Positions 36,174 through 48,949 of a DNA stretch of 64,000 nt are shown piece by piece. Location of the stretch: assembly GCA_030704615.1 (NCBI GenBank), contig CM060731.1:38502001-38566000 (forward strand). The letters are read 5' to 3'. The notes under the pieces were generated by a model. The model saw nothing but the letters and a program-made list of their open reading frames with translations, searched no databases and was not told the DNA's origin. The first letter of the stretch is position 1. Each line of letters starts with the position of its first letter. Position numbers and translations under genes: made by a program. This DNA comes from Takakia lepidozioides (lineage: Eukaryota; Plantae; Bryophyta).

Positions 36174-39100
36174 TCAGTCTGACTCAGAGTCAGTACAATG
36201 TATCCCCTCTTCCTCTGCATCTAAGTCTAAGTATTTTAGAACACCGGATCCACGCTGGATACACCTACGGCTGGCCACTAAAAAGTCAGGGGATAGGGAC
36301 TCGGACGCGTGAAGTGCCATTGCTTCGGCATAAACAGGAGCAGAAAATTGGAAAGGGGGCTGTCGAAAACAGACTCGCCAGAAATGACTGTATCTCCTGA
36401 AGATCCACCGCTGGCTTTCCTGAAAGACAGCCGGAAAAAGTTATTACTGTAACTTTGATGTTATCGAGAAATTGAGTATGACTCCCAAAGAGGGTTTAGC
36501 ACTTACTCACATGAAAAGTCGTTGTCGACCTGCTTATCTTCGGGATCGTCATCATTTCGAATATGAATCCGATCAGTCTGTGTGCCTGAAGTGGAGCCAG
36601 ACAAAAGGGGGAGGAGCACTGTGTTGTAGAGGTCAGAATCACCCTCCATACCAAAAAGGCTTCTTCCGCCTGCCTTGCATGCGTGGTAAGTTGCTCCTGC
36701 ACCAGACAGGAGAACATAAGCAGTTTGGAGGAGGGGATTTAAGCAGATGAAACTGTTGAAAGGAAACCAATTCGGAAGGGAGAAAACGAACCTGTGGACA
36801 CAGAAAGATCGACCACCCGTGCAGAGCGGTGGCTGCATGACTCCAGCAGTATTTGCATGAATGCTGGTGACTTTTCCTTTGCACCTCTCCAGGGAGTGCC
36901 ATCTGGTCTCTTCAGAGTCTGACTGGACTGCATGAAGTTGTACAAAATGTCATCACATGGGGCTCATAGGGGGGTTGACGAAACAACCCTGGTCAGAAAT
37001 CTCAAAGCTGCGGATGGAGGATGGTGTCTTTGATGTGCGAATCCTCCGCAGGCAGATCGCCTCGAACATCCTCGTCTGCCAAAGATAGCAGGTTAGTGTG
37101 GTAAACACAATCTAAAGTGGAAGTGTGTACATCGGCTATTCAGAACTCTGACACCAAAAAAACCATGAATCGTTGATGATCGGTGTCGATCATAAAACAT
37201 TCTACTAGAGTGGAGCTGCAGAGAAAATTGAAACTCATGATCAAAGCATAAGCAGAAGGCAGACGGCATACCAGCTGACCAGGGAAACCCCCTTTCACAA
37301 GGTAGAGGCTGTTCACACAATTCCATGTGCGCAAAACTTCAAACCCTGAAGACTTGAGGTATGATGCCAATGCCCGACGACTATCATTGTCACATGACTG
37401 AAAAAGCAGAAGTGTCCCTGCATCAGAGAGGAAATTGTTACAGAACCCGAATACCCAACTCCAGTAGTTGTCCTCGAATTGTTCCACCCTGGCGTCTTGC
37501 CCTTTGGAAGAACTTCTGGCACAGCTGGCCATCCGGGATGTCGAGAATGACAATGTCGGCCGCATAAGTTTTCTGCACACCGCACACGAAGGTGGGACCT
37601 GTGCTCACCTGCAACAGACATGTTTTTTATAAGAACGATGGCAAGAATGTTTTCAAAGAACGAGACTGAAATACTGCCAACGAAACATTCAGAGAAAAAG
37701 GAAAGAAACTGGAATTCTCACCAGATTGAGGAATGAGATTATATTGTCCCAGGTAGGGGATGGCACCCCAGTGTATCCTCTCTTTCGACTCTGCATCATC
37801 GAAAGCCAACCCTCATTAACAATTTTCATCTCTCCTGCTGAATCAGAACGGGAAGGGTGTGGCTTGGCATCGAACACGCACTGAAGAATGCGGGTATATC
37901 TTCCAGCACTAAAGTCCTGCCCGCTCTCCATCTCCTTTTCATTCTCCTTCCCCTTGTCCTTTTCCTTCTCTTTGGACTTGTCTTTGTCCTTTGGCTTTGC
38001 TGGTGAGATGGCTATGACATCAACAGCCTTGTCTTTTGGTTTGCGGCCCGCCTTCTTTCCCTTCTGCGGCGTTCCCTGAGCATCAGGCTCCTTGGCAGCC
38101 AAGGTTGCTATGTTTCGTTGATACTCTTCGTCAGTCAAAGGCGCCAGCATCTCAGCGTTATTGTTCAAGTATTTCATATGCTGTTCTTGAAAGGTCGTGT
38201 GCTCAGGTGGGCAGTCAAGGTACCACCCACAGTCTCTGAAGTGAGAAGGACTCCAGTCCTTCAATATCCCTGCAGTATACATGGTTGGATCGTTTGCAGG
38301 GTCCGACCACATGTCAAGATAGTCGGGAATTCCGCTCAGGTGATTTCCTTCCATAAGCACATATTTCGTGTACCTGAAAAAAGGAGATGAATCCCAACCC
38401 ACAAAAGCGCTCAGTGAGTAAGATGCAAGTAGAACAGAAAGAATAAAACATGGATTGAAATGGCTCTGACAACTGCTCCAAGGACCTTTCAGGACCACAC
38501 TACTGCTCCAGATATGAATGTCGTCAACGCCATTCAGAACATTCCATTCCATGACACTGTAAATACATCCTAATCCAGGTGAATGCAAATAAGCGATTAG
38601 AAATGACACAGACATAGAAGTGAATGTCGTCAACGACATTCAAGAATGAAGCCAAATTATTACTGAAATGAAGCAAAATCACAGGATGGAAATAAAAAAA
38701 TTGAGTAAGGAACCATCCAGGAAAACTCAATGCACATTCATAACGAACCTATCACTGAGGACCTCACAACATCACTGTATGTGAATGGCGTCAACGCCAT
38801 TCACAAAAATACAAAAAAGAAACCAATTACTTAGCTCCCCAATCCATGAAAATTGAATTTGTCGTTTTTGAATAATACAGACACAGCTGTGAATGTCGTC
38901 AACGACATTCACTTTGGATTTCTTAAAACAGAGCTTATCAAGCCTCCATATTCATCGCAAGAGGAAAAAACAATGCAGAACAACTGAATGTCTGCATTGA
39001 CATTCAGCAAAATGAAGTGATCAACCGTCATTGTAACCTCTATGGACATTACAAAAATTTAAATAACCTTGAGGACCACACAACAACTCCGTATGTGAAT

Positions 39101-41803
39101 GTCGTCAACGCCATTCAAGGACATTATCAATTCTAATCAGGGACAATATAATTGCACCCTTAGATCCTAACCAGGTGAATTCATATACTCGCTTAAGAAT
39201 GACTCAGACAAAGAAGTGAATGTCGTCAACGACATTCAATCTGGATCTAAGATTGCAATCCATATGAAGCCACAATTTTTCCCAAAAAAACAGTAGAGTT
39301 TCAAGTATGACATTTCACCTGTACACAACTCGCATCATGGCCCACTCTCCTCCAACCTGACTGTCAAAGTCGTTGGACCGTAAAATGTTACCATCTTTGG
39401 AGAACTCCCGGAAAAAACAGTATCTCCAGGTGAGACCTCTCCACTTCCTTATGTATGCCTCCAATGACATTTGGGGAGGGGAAACAATCGCAATGTTCAG
39501 GTCCTTCAAAGTCTGATCCAGCACAATGACGGCGCGCTTTTCGAGCTGCAAATAATATATTTGTCAGAATTGCAAAAAAGAAACACATCACATACTTGAA
39601 GAGAAGAAACAGCATGTTCGAATACACACCTGACTCCAAAATGTAGCCTTGTGGAGCCAGTTATCAAACACCAAATCACTGATTCCTTCCACCTTTGTGC
39701 CAGGCTGTATGGTGCTCTTTGGGAACTGATTCAAGTCCTTTACTGTTTGATCTGAGTTCCATATCTCCAGCCACCTTATTTTTGTTTGTGGGTCGACCAT
39801 CGATATGGCCAGCCGGTGCAATTTCTCCTGCTGCATCTCCGGATGCACATGCTTGTCATAGTGTGTTTTGATCTGCTGAAGGAACTCAGGACCAAGTCCA
39901 GGATCTACTATTCTAAGCTGCTTTCCGAAGGCTGACATCAATTTGGTTCTTCGCATCTCAAACTCCTTCTTTATTGCAGCTTCCACACCCTTTGATGTCC
40001 TTAGTTCCGCTGGTGTAGTGCGGTAATATTCGGATTTTCCCTTCTCAGCTGCCTCTGCCAGTTCTTGCTGCATTCATTCAAGTAGTGATTAGCTCCGAAG
40101 GGACTCTAAACATGTATTCGAAAAGTAAACAGATTACAGACTCGGGCTTACCGCATACATGTACTCCAGAAACGCCTCTCGTGTCAAAGAATACCAAGTG
40201 CCTGCAGCTCTTCCTGTTTCGCACTTCTTGATGATATTGGGTGGTAGTACTGTCCGAAAATCATCCAGCTTCATCAGACCAATCCTCTGAATTCGGAATA
40301 GTGTGTGAACCAAGCTTGTTGTCACATGCGATTTCTCTGTCGATCTGCAAAAACATTGAAAACATTGCATTCCTTAACACTGTTTTTTGAGGATCAACAA
40401 GACACTACAGAGGGAATCAAATCTCCTGGATGACTTACTTGTTCACGTCGTGCATAGCTGTAAGAAGCCTAGCGATGTCGTTTCCTGGATCCAAAACCAT
40501 TGCCTCCACAGCAACATGCTTGTCTTTGTCTTTCGAATGGTGTTTCTGAATGTATCCCATCCATGCCAGCAATCGGTGGTTGCCGTCCCAGACGTAGAAC
40601 ATGTGGTTGCAAAATTGCTGGGTGTTCTTTCCCATCATGAGGCCCAGCTCGAACTCCTCATTGGCATCTTTCCAGCACTCATCCCAGTTATCACTGATCT
40701 CTGGAGAAACTAATGTGCTTTTCCCATTTATATCCGTCAGTGACACATAAAAAACTTGTGCACCAAGTCTATATCCATGCACAAAATCACTCTCCAATTT
40801 TGTTATGTCATGGGAAAGAGGTGGACGCACAACAGGCATTGATATCATCCGGCACAGAGGTATGTCCAGACGCCCTCCAGATACGAGCATGTCCCTTATA
40901 ACCTCCTGAGAGTTTACCTTCTGGAATGACATGAGTTCTTTCACCTTGTCAAGGTAGTGCACTTCGGATTCATCTGCTTCATCTGTATTCTCTGAGCTTT
41001 TTGCGGACTCGTCCCCATCTCCAGATCCTTTCCCCTCTGATCCTGTAGGCTTCGACCTCACAGTTTTCTGCACGATGCCATTCAGTTCTGACTAAGTGAT
41101 TTGCAAATAGTGAATGGCGGTAACGACAATCACTCTGTATCAAGGAAACTCACCATGAATGGTGTGAATTCAGCACAATCTACACATGCAAAGCCGAGAC
41201 TGCCGTATTCAAAACAAAAGTGAGAGCGATAGCGAACGGCGTTAACGACAATCACAAAAGATAACAACCTGCCGGATCGGTGTTGTGTAATGACATATAT
41301 GTGCAACTGATTGGCGGCAACGACATTCAGTGTAGTTTAGGGAGAATAGTAAGTGCAGACTCTCTCTTCAAACACATAGGTACATAAATCTCATGAGCAG
41401 AATCGAATGGCGTTAACGACGCTCGCGATTCAGTAGTTCCTGCTAAAGAATGGAAGAGGAAGGACTCCTTGAAAGGCAATCACACAGACTATATGATAAA
41501 ACTTACTGGCACCTTCTTAGGTTTTGAAATTTGATCCCCTTTTGCAGCTTTCCTCTTCCCTCTCACATCTGCTGGAGTTTCTGTCTGCGCAAGGGTTTCT
41601 TGACCTTCTTCAGGTTCGGCGTTCCGCGTGCTTCCACCTTCTTCAGTGTCCCTGCGATTCATCTCTGCCTCCACAGGCTGGCGCACTCTTATCGCCGACT
41701 GTGTCGCAGCCGCTGCCTCAGTCTCCGTCTGCTCTTGTGAATCAGTCTCCGCGTTCACCTGCTGCCTTGGCCCTGTGTTCTCCAACAAACGACGCCTCGT
41801 CAT
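36174..41803 (-). CDS. ParB/Srx domain fused to a beta-class N4/N6 DNA methyltransferase-like domain (about 10 exons, a few frameshifts)
   Basis: Approximate exons 41803-41510, 41090-40439, 40344-40152, 40105-39630, 39545-39319, 38373-37722, 37608-37272, 37075-36792, 36696-36511, 36420-36174. ParB: VRPPLSHDITKLESDF..FYVWDGNHRLLAW. MTase: ADIVILDIPDG (DPPY position), FLSDAGTLLLF, EKSPAFMQILLESCS..RVVDLSVSTG|ATYHACKAGGRSLFGME (motifs X-I-II as in N6_N4_Mtase). Confidence 0.78.
38515..39238. repeat. Intronic array of 7 x 22-bp palindromes TGAATG(T/G)CGT-CA-ACG(A/C)CATTCA
   Basis: Copies start at 38515, 38621, 38782, 38890, 38985 (degenerate), 39096 and 39217; spacers 73-139 bp. Confidence 0.92.
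41111..41425. repeat. Second intronic cluster, 4 variant copies of the same 22-bp palindrome
   Basis: 41111 TGAATGGCGGTAACGACAATCA; 41233 CGAACGGCGTTAACGACAATCA; 41308 TGATTGGCGGCAACGACATTCA; 41404 CGAATGGCGTTAACGACGCTCG. Confidence 0.8.
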
Positions 41804-42658
41804 TTTCTCTCTTGCTCTGCGTCTCTCTCTAAGGGAAGTAAAATAAAGAGACTTTCTTCTCTTTCGTATTCTAGAAGGAACCCTCTCCAGCTTGACTACC
41901 ACTCTCCCTCTAAGCGCGAAAAGTAGAAAAACGCAGTGACTCTCGATTTCTTGCGGGATTGCCTGTGTTCTTGCGTGTCTCTAGAAGCATCGGATTCCCT
42001 CCCGCGTGACCGTTACACATAGTCGTTTCGTTATTAGTGCACATGCCAGCAATTGGTGTACAGCTGTTCGTATTCAGTTATGGATGTCTGACGTGTGCCG
42101 CCCAAAACAAAACGGCGTGTTCTAAATTATAACTGGTTCAATATTTAAAAAGAACAGCGAATCCCAGAAATTGATGCGCAGTCTTAAACAAATAAATATA
42201 AATGAACGAGAGTTTGATGACAAATTTTGGAATATCATACACGGTCATCCTTGTTATCCAAACCCCACATTCGTTGCACATTTGGAACTTTCCAGGTGCG
42301 CATGATCATTGGTAGTAGTATATAGATACATTTACTTAATCTGCAATCCCATTCTCGGATCCTGTGGCATGCTTCCAGGAAGTCGGCTTTGTTATTGGGT
42401 TTATTGATGAGGTTCTGATTAACGGTTTAACAGTTGCCGACACTGCCCCTATGGATTCTCTGACCACTGGGCCCACAAGAAAAGTAATTAAAATGGACGG
42501 CTGCATATCTGGAATGAATAACAGAATATGCACAGTCGTTATCTGAGCTTCCTCCGCCATATGCTCTGCTCATTCTTCAACTGTGTTCTGGAGACAGCAG
42601 TAAACCGATTTACACTAGATCTGCGATAGCAAGGTACAAACATACTCGAGGAAGGAAG

Positions 42659-45600
42659 ATGGCTTCCTCTGAAGCGGAGTTCTTCTCAGACGACAAACCA
42701 GTGCCGTTCTCCCAGGAAGTCCTTGACAATGGATTTGCAATTGTTCTGGAACATGTCTTGGCTACCCGTTTTCAGCTGCAGAATGGCTCCATCTTTTTGG
42801 AGAAAGAGGTTTACGATCTGAAAGGGAAGTTGGTGAAATATTCTTTCCAAAACCGTGATGAGACGGCTCATATCAGCCAGTGGAGAGTGCGTCCTGGTCG
42901 ATACAGAGTACTTGGAGAGCCTCGGCGAAAGTCCCTTGGGTCATATGTGACGCCCGGGACTGCTGCTTCGGTCGTTGAAGACAAGAGGGAGGTGGTGGTG
43001 AAAAAAGAACAGACTTCCTCCACTCCAATCGTTGAGCTTTCGGATTCTTCCGATGATGACATAAGTGAAATTCCAAATCCAGTCCTTCCTACTGTGGTTG
43101 CAGAAGCTGATGAAGAAGAGATTTGTAGTGTCATTCCAAAATTGCGGGCGATGGGAGGAATGGCTGGATTCAAAAGTGAGTTGCGGGGAATTGATTGGGA
43201 ATCTTTGAAGCAGGTGCCTGTGAAGTTCTTGCCGGAGACTTTTGATGGCGATATCCTATTCGAGCTGCCTCCTCCTCCGCGAGTTGGAGGTGTAACAATC
43301 ATGATGCATGGAATGGACAAGAAACACGACGGGCACCCGTGGTGCAGAACAAAAACATCCAATATTCAGAATGATGACAAGCTTGTTTTCAGGAGGACAG
43401 TTTGCAATGGACACCTTAGGTGTGATAATTTGAATTGCAGACACTTTCTTCAGTCTGGAGTTCATAATCAAAGCGAATGGAAGGGTCTGGCGGAGAATCC
43501 ATTTCAGCCTGGGACTGCCCCTCCACCGGCAAACACTTTCGTCTGCAAATTCTGCAAACTTGTGCCATCCTGCTTGGCGCTCTGCGGAGCAAGAATGTAC
43601 TATGTTGTCCACCGTTTGAATACAATGACGAGAGCTTGTGTGCATTTTGGATTCCATAACCATCCTGTCTCGAAGGGGGATTACAGGGAGAGTGTTGAGA
43701 CAGTATCGAGGTTGATCAAACAGGAGTTCGGGAGAAACCCATCCGCAACAATATCTGCAATTGCTCTTGGCGCAAGCAAGTCATTCTTGGAAAGCCATAT
43801 TTTGAGTGAAGGAGATTCTGTGGGGACTAAACTTGACGGTGCAGCATTGGACCTGGTCATGGATCATTTCTCCACTTTAAGTTCACCTAACATTCGGCAT
43901 CAGATCAATGCATTGAGAATGGGCTCTGGGATCAGAGGCTACATAGACAATATTTTGGAATTGAAACGACTGAGCAAGTACGATTACATCCAGGACAATG
44001 TATTCCCAGGTCAAGGTGCCATCAAAGTTTTTCTTTTCAAAATGTCGACTGTTGGGGAGGGCAGTGGGGTTAGCCTCGTGAAGCGGATGCAAAAGACTGG
44101 GGACTTGCAGAACTGTTTTCTTATGTTTGATCATGTGAAACGAGTGAAGGATTGGACGACAATGGCTTGTCATGTCTACGATCCAGTGTACCAACGAGTT
44201 ATGACAATTGCAGTTTGTGACATGCAATCCGAGGATACGGAATCCCAGAAGCTCATGTGGAATTCCCTGATACGTGTCATGGGCTGCCATGGGCTGCCAT
44301 CTCCAAATTTCGCAGGTTTCATGGCGGATAGTGCTCAAGCAAATTTCAATGCTATTCGTATTGTCTTCGGATCGGGCGACCCAAAAGTGCCTATGCCAGG
44401 AAGAGAGCGTACATGTCTATTCCATTGGACACAATCTCTGGAAAAACATACAAAGTCGGACATCAAACCAGAGATGCAGACTCAGCACCGTAAATTGTGC
44501 AAAGAGTACAAAGATGCTAGAACAATGAAGGAGGCGGACACTTTGTTCCAGACAATTCGTGCCTGGTGGTTCTCTTCTGGAGCTGCATCACTTGAGAGTA
44601 TGAGAGCATTGGAAGATTGGCTGGCGTTTTGGCACTTCCGGTATAGACAGTGGGGAGCAGCCATGACAATGGTACGAGGCTTCTATTTCATGCTTTATTC
44701 ATACATTTGCTTTCCATATTTTTGACTCATTGCTTTCTTTATGTTGTTTCCTGTGCACTATTCTGAAGTGTGGTTATCCTCTTTGCAGAACATGTCCATT
44801 GAGGAAATGGCAGACATGCCATCTTGCAATTTGGCAGAAACTGTGCACAATGCATGGTTGCAGCAGTCTGGGAAACGAGGTCGGGATTTGTATGTGGCAA
44901 CAACAGATGATTTGATACGTGCCTTGCAACAACAAACCCGATACCGTGATTTCTTACGAGGTGGGGTTGGTGGCAAGGGTCCGGACAAATCGGAGTTGAT
45001 GTTGCGTGCTGCAAACAGATCTGGGGATCCAATCAAGATAGCACGGGCGGTGAGCATGTATGCCCAGGGAACGCCACTTGTTTCTAGAGTTCCACATCTT
45101 GAAGGGGAGGAGAGATTCGGCTCCTGTAAGAGGAAATTGAACACTCCACCTGGTTCGGATTCAGATTCCCACAGGGCAGACCGTGATAACTTCTCGAAGC
45201 CTCGTGTTCCCCTGCATGACAGCTCCGTGTCCGGAACCTCCATTGTGGAGGAACCTCCAACACGACGGCAAGCTCCAGCATCAAACCGTGCCACTGAAAT
45301 GGTGCAGGAGAGAAACAACCCCCTTGATGTGCTTGAGTCCGCATGCCCCGACCACGTTTGGCACATAGAACGCACAAGTGTCGGGTCTCGTGTGAAATGT
45401 ACAGCGATCAGGGCAACTAATTTCGAGAAGTGCACTTCATCTATATCCAGAGGTGGTGCCCGAACTCCTGCTCCGACTTTCACGGGCTTGATGCGTCCAT
45501 ACGGTCAACCAGAAGCCAAGAACCACAAGTTCTGGTTCTGCGCAGATGATTGTGCCAGATGTGTGCATGGAACTGTGCGTCCTTCCGTAGTGATGAAGCC

Positions 45601-46173
45601 ATCTCCTCCAACCGTTTGGCCCGTGAAGGTGGGAACACATCTCAGCTTTCAGGAGATTGAAATGCTGGAGGAGGCAGGTTTTTCCCTTGCGAGACAACCC
45701 CAACTCCATGCATGTGCTACTACTCCTGCGTCCTCCCGGGTCCCCCCGACAAATCTGACTTGTGGCCAACCAAACGAGATGGAAAGCTCGTTCGGCGTTT
45801 CCCTCCAACCGCTGAACACTTTGGCAAAGTGGAGTCCGCAAGAATGCTCCAAGCTCGTGTCGGAAGCACCACGGAAGTACCCGATCCAGGATATGGTCGG
45901 GTATTCACAATCATCACTTCCACATCTGCTGTTCATGACAGGACCTACGACATCATGGTTTCCAATTTCCCCAATTGCACATGTCCTGATTTTGTGAATA
46001 TGCTATCAACCAGTTTGGGCAAGAGAGGTAAATTCATACCCTGCAAACATTTGTATTTTATATTTTTGAGGAGGATGGTTTGCGATCCCAAACGTGACAA
46101 CTTCATTCACCAGGCCACTATGAGTTTCAACGAGGTCGATACTCTTTTGCAGCGGGATACAACACATGGGTAG
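42659..46173 (+). CDS. Mutator/MULE-like transposase: GCM/WRKY-like Zn domain, DDE core, SWIM finger
   Basis: Exon 42659-44671, intron 44672-44788, exon from 44789, frameshift near 45750. DGHPW..CNGHLRC..C..CKFC..C..HFGFHNHP; FDHVKR (D1); FMADSAQ (D2); TCLFHW (CxxH); NLAETVH (E); CTCPDF..PCKH (SWIM). Confidence 0.82.
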
Positions 46174-48949
46174 CATGAACTATGTAATGTGGTATGTGGA
46201 TGACCATGATTTGAAATGTGTAATTCACATCAATTCGTCGGCTGTGCAATGATATGGCCTCCAACTATACGGAGTGAGGTCTGAGTGACAACTTTTAGGT
46301 AGTGCACATTTGTCATTGCACCGTTCGAAGTCTACATGTCTTGCTGTCGCTATGCACTACAATCATCTTTTGAAGATGATCATAACTCTCATTGTTATTT
46401 GAGGAGGGAGGAAGTCTTCTCGTGGCAGCCTTTATGGCGCACACTTTGTGAGGATATTTTGTCGTCTTCGTAATTGTAAAAGTGAAACAAACATTTGTAA
46501 TTGCACAATGTTGGATGCTGCAATTGTAGGCCTCAACGCTCATCTTGATTCTATTTAGGCAAGATTCCCTGCATTAATTCCACGGTCATAGGACCATCCA
46601 CGGTTATAGGCGGCGCATGTTAATGCTGACGTGGCAGTTGACGGACAGTGCCACGTCATCATTTACCGCCACATTAGCATGCTGACATGACGCTCACGCC
46701 ACGTCAGCATGTGTGCAGGCTCACGCCACGTCAGCTGGCGTGAGCGTACGCTCACGCCACGTCACTCCTGCGTGAGCGTACGCTCGCGCGCTCACGTGCA
46801 ACGCTCACGCCATTGCGTCGTTGCCAGAAGAGCTACAATGTCCCCCGGTTTTCAGAATCGGACTACAGAATTCTAGCTCTTGTCAGATTCCGACTTGTCT
46901 TTAGACGGGAGAAATATAGCGAAGTGTGGACAGAGTTGCACAAACACTACCGGTTAGGGATTTGGAGCTCTATGATGTACAAGAACTTGCAGCCCATTTT
47001 GGATTTTTTGCTTCGTGGTCTACCTCAACCGGCCTTCGTTATGTCTCAAGAGGATTGTATTTCATGCCCTACTTCGGTTCACCCTCAATTCAAATCAGGA
47101 TTGGACCCTCCTCATTTGTTTTTGAAGCCACTGGTCAAGGTCTGGAAGGGATTTGGTGGGCAATACACGAAGAGTAACACTCTGCTCATTGACGACACCG
47201 CCATGAAGTGTGTATTGAACCCGCCCGACTCATGTCTTGTTCTCAAACCGTTCCAGACCGTTGAGACTGATGGTTGCTATCTTCTCAAGGTTCTTCAGAC
47301 CTATTTGCTTGGAATGAGGAAACATCCTACTGTTTCAAGCTATCTTAGGAAAAAAATGATAGGGTTGAGTTTTTTTCCCAATGTTTTAAACGATCCCAAG
47401 TTTAGCCCACTCTGGGATTTTATTGAGGACAACGGTTTTAAGAGTCTCAGATATGATGCTTCAAAATAAATTATTTTTTATCAATCCCATCTCACTCGAA
47501 CTATTGAATATCTTCATGGTTTCTCTTTTTCATTTCCTTGTAATCACACACGTGAAAGATATGGTATGCTCATTTTGACTCATTTTCAGTTGAATTCTTG
47601 ACGCACATTCCGGGCAATCCCAAGACTCTGATACAGGCCTTCATACGGGGACATGACTATATCTAGTGACCTCCACTGTTCAGTGGAGGTTCACATTTTT
47701 GCATTCCTGGATTTATGATTATGTCTCTTTGGCAAGTTCAAGGAGATGCTGACAACGTCATCTGTTCCTCAAGTCCCCTAAAGGAACCCTCCGGATCAGC
47801 TGTGAGTTGGAGTATTGAAGGCTTTCCGAGAATTCACGATGGATCCTCTGTCAGACCCTTGTCCTCCCGAGAAGCGGGCGACACTCTTCTCCTCTTCGGG
47901 TCCTCCTGGGGGTAAAGTCCAAGGTGCAGGTCAAGAACACAAATATCCCGGAGACTTTATCGACCTTTCCCAACATTCCTCACCCTCCCTATTCAGTACG
48001 CAGGGTCTGGTTTATCCAACCCGCAGGGCAACCGTTGGGGACTCGGCTACGGCTCCGCTGCACCTGCTTCCGTCTCTTCCTCGCACAGCACGAGGGTTGG
48101 ATAGCCCAAATCCGTAGGAGTCAGGTGACTTAAACTCATTTCTCGCTCCTTGCTTATTCTCCTAGTTTTACTTAGTTTGGGGTCTGATATTCATCTGTCG
48201 CTCCAGGTAAGAAAATTTGCAGATTATGACCTTCCTGTCAAACGACGTCTGCATTGGAATGCAGTTCCGAGGTAAATTATTCCTTCGTTGCGTTTTCATT
48301 CCATCCAGGATGTCGAGTGCTCAAGGGACAATTTTCTGTGCTTGCCTGTTGTTGCCCCTCCACTTCTCTCGTCGTTCAATGGCAAAACATCTCCAACATC
48401 GACACATCGTGACCCTGAACTGCTCGCACAATGTTATGCACCAAAGAGGCAAAAAAGAGCCCTCGAGCCATTTCCTTCCTCTGCAGGGAATCATTCCAAA
48501 TGACAAAAGGCTGACAAGAAAAAAAGAGCGGACTCCAAACACTTGAGGACTCCCTCGGATGTTGTGGCGCCTCGTCAATCCAAGCCCGCGGGAATCCACT
48601 GTTCTTCTGCAAGACATTCCAATAAGGCTTCAATGGTACATTTCAAAACAATTTCTCTACTTTCGTTTGCAGTTTATTTTTCTGTCCCAAACTAACTCCG
48701 TAATTTTTATACAAGCGAGTAAGGAGCCGCATAACTTCTTGAATGCGCCTCCCGACAAGGTGCGTTCACTAACCTCCACTTGACAGCCGACGTTCATCTT
48801 TTCGTGATCTCGAACTCTTCGATATATGGTCTATTCTTGGTCCTTTACAGTAGTCCATTGTCGGGACACTTATGTTTCCGAAAACGTAGAGGTCATTCTA
48901 AAACTAAGAAACACTTGTTTTTGACGGCATGAACACTTAAATTGCGCAG

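Larger units (their letters stand above)
35497..46811. mobile_element. 11.3 kb TIR DNA transposon: Mutator-like transposase plus ParB-methyltransferase cargo
   Basis: Left end GGCGTGAGCctggtCACGTGAGCGCG; right end (reverse complement) GGCGTGAGCgttgCACGTGAGCGCG. GCCACGTCA and GCTCACGCC subterminal repeats at both ends. Exact removal restores the flanking ORF. Confidence 0.85.
35390..47469 (+). pseudogene. NIF-type HAD domain (copy 3), split by the 11.3 kb element
   Basis: 35390-35496, after an AG acceptor, reads IGAPVSPPAQGLHLIIFDVNGVLCKILKHQKSRDA. 46812-47469 continues in the same frame: (S)LRRCQ...RLGIWSS...FLKPL...SNTLLIDDTAMKCVLNP. Confidence 0.8.

Noticed and set aside
37689-38639. 316-aa ORF as a standalone membrane protein
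   Set aside because: The first ~88 codons are intron read-through across the palindrome array; the true exon starts at 38373.
38515-39238. Palindromic repeats with spacers as a CRISPR array
   Set aside because: Spacers are 73-139 bp, uneven and partly homologous to each other. The array lies in a spliceosomal intron and no cas genes are present.
36174-41803. ParB-MTase as bacterial or phage contamination
   Set aside because: The gene is broken by many GT-AG introns and is nested inside plant-type transposon and host sequence.
44758-45483. 241-aa minus-strand ORF
   Set aside because: Antisense to the transposase exon, with no motifs.
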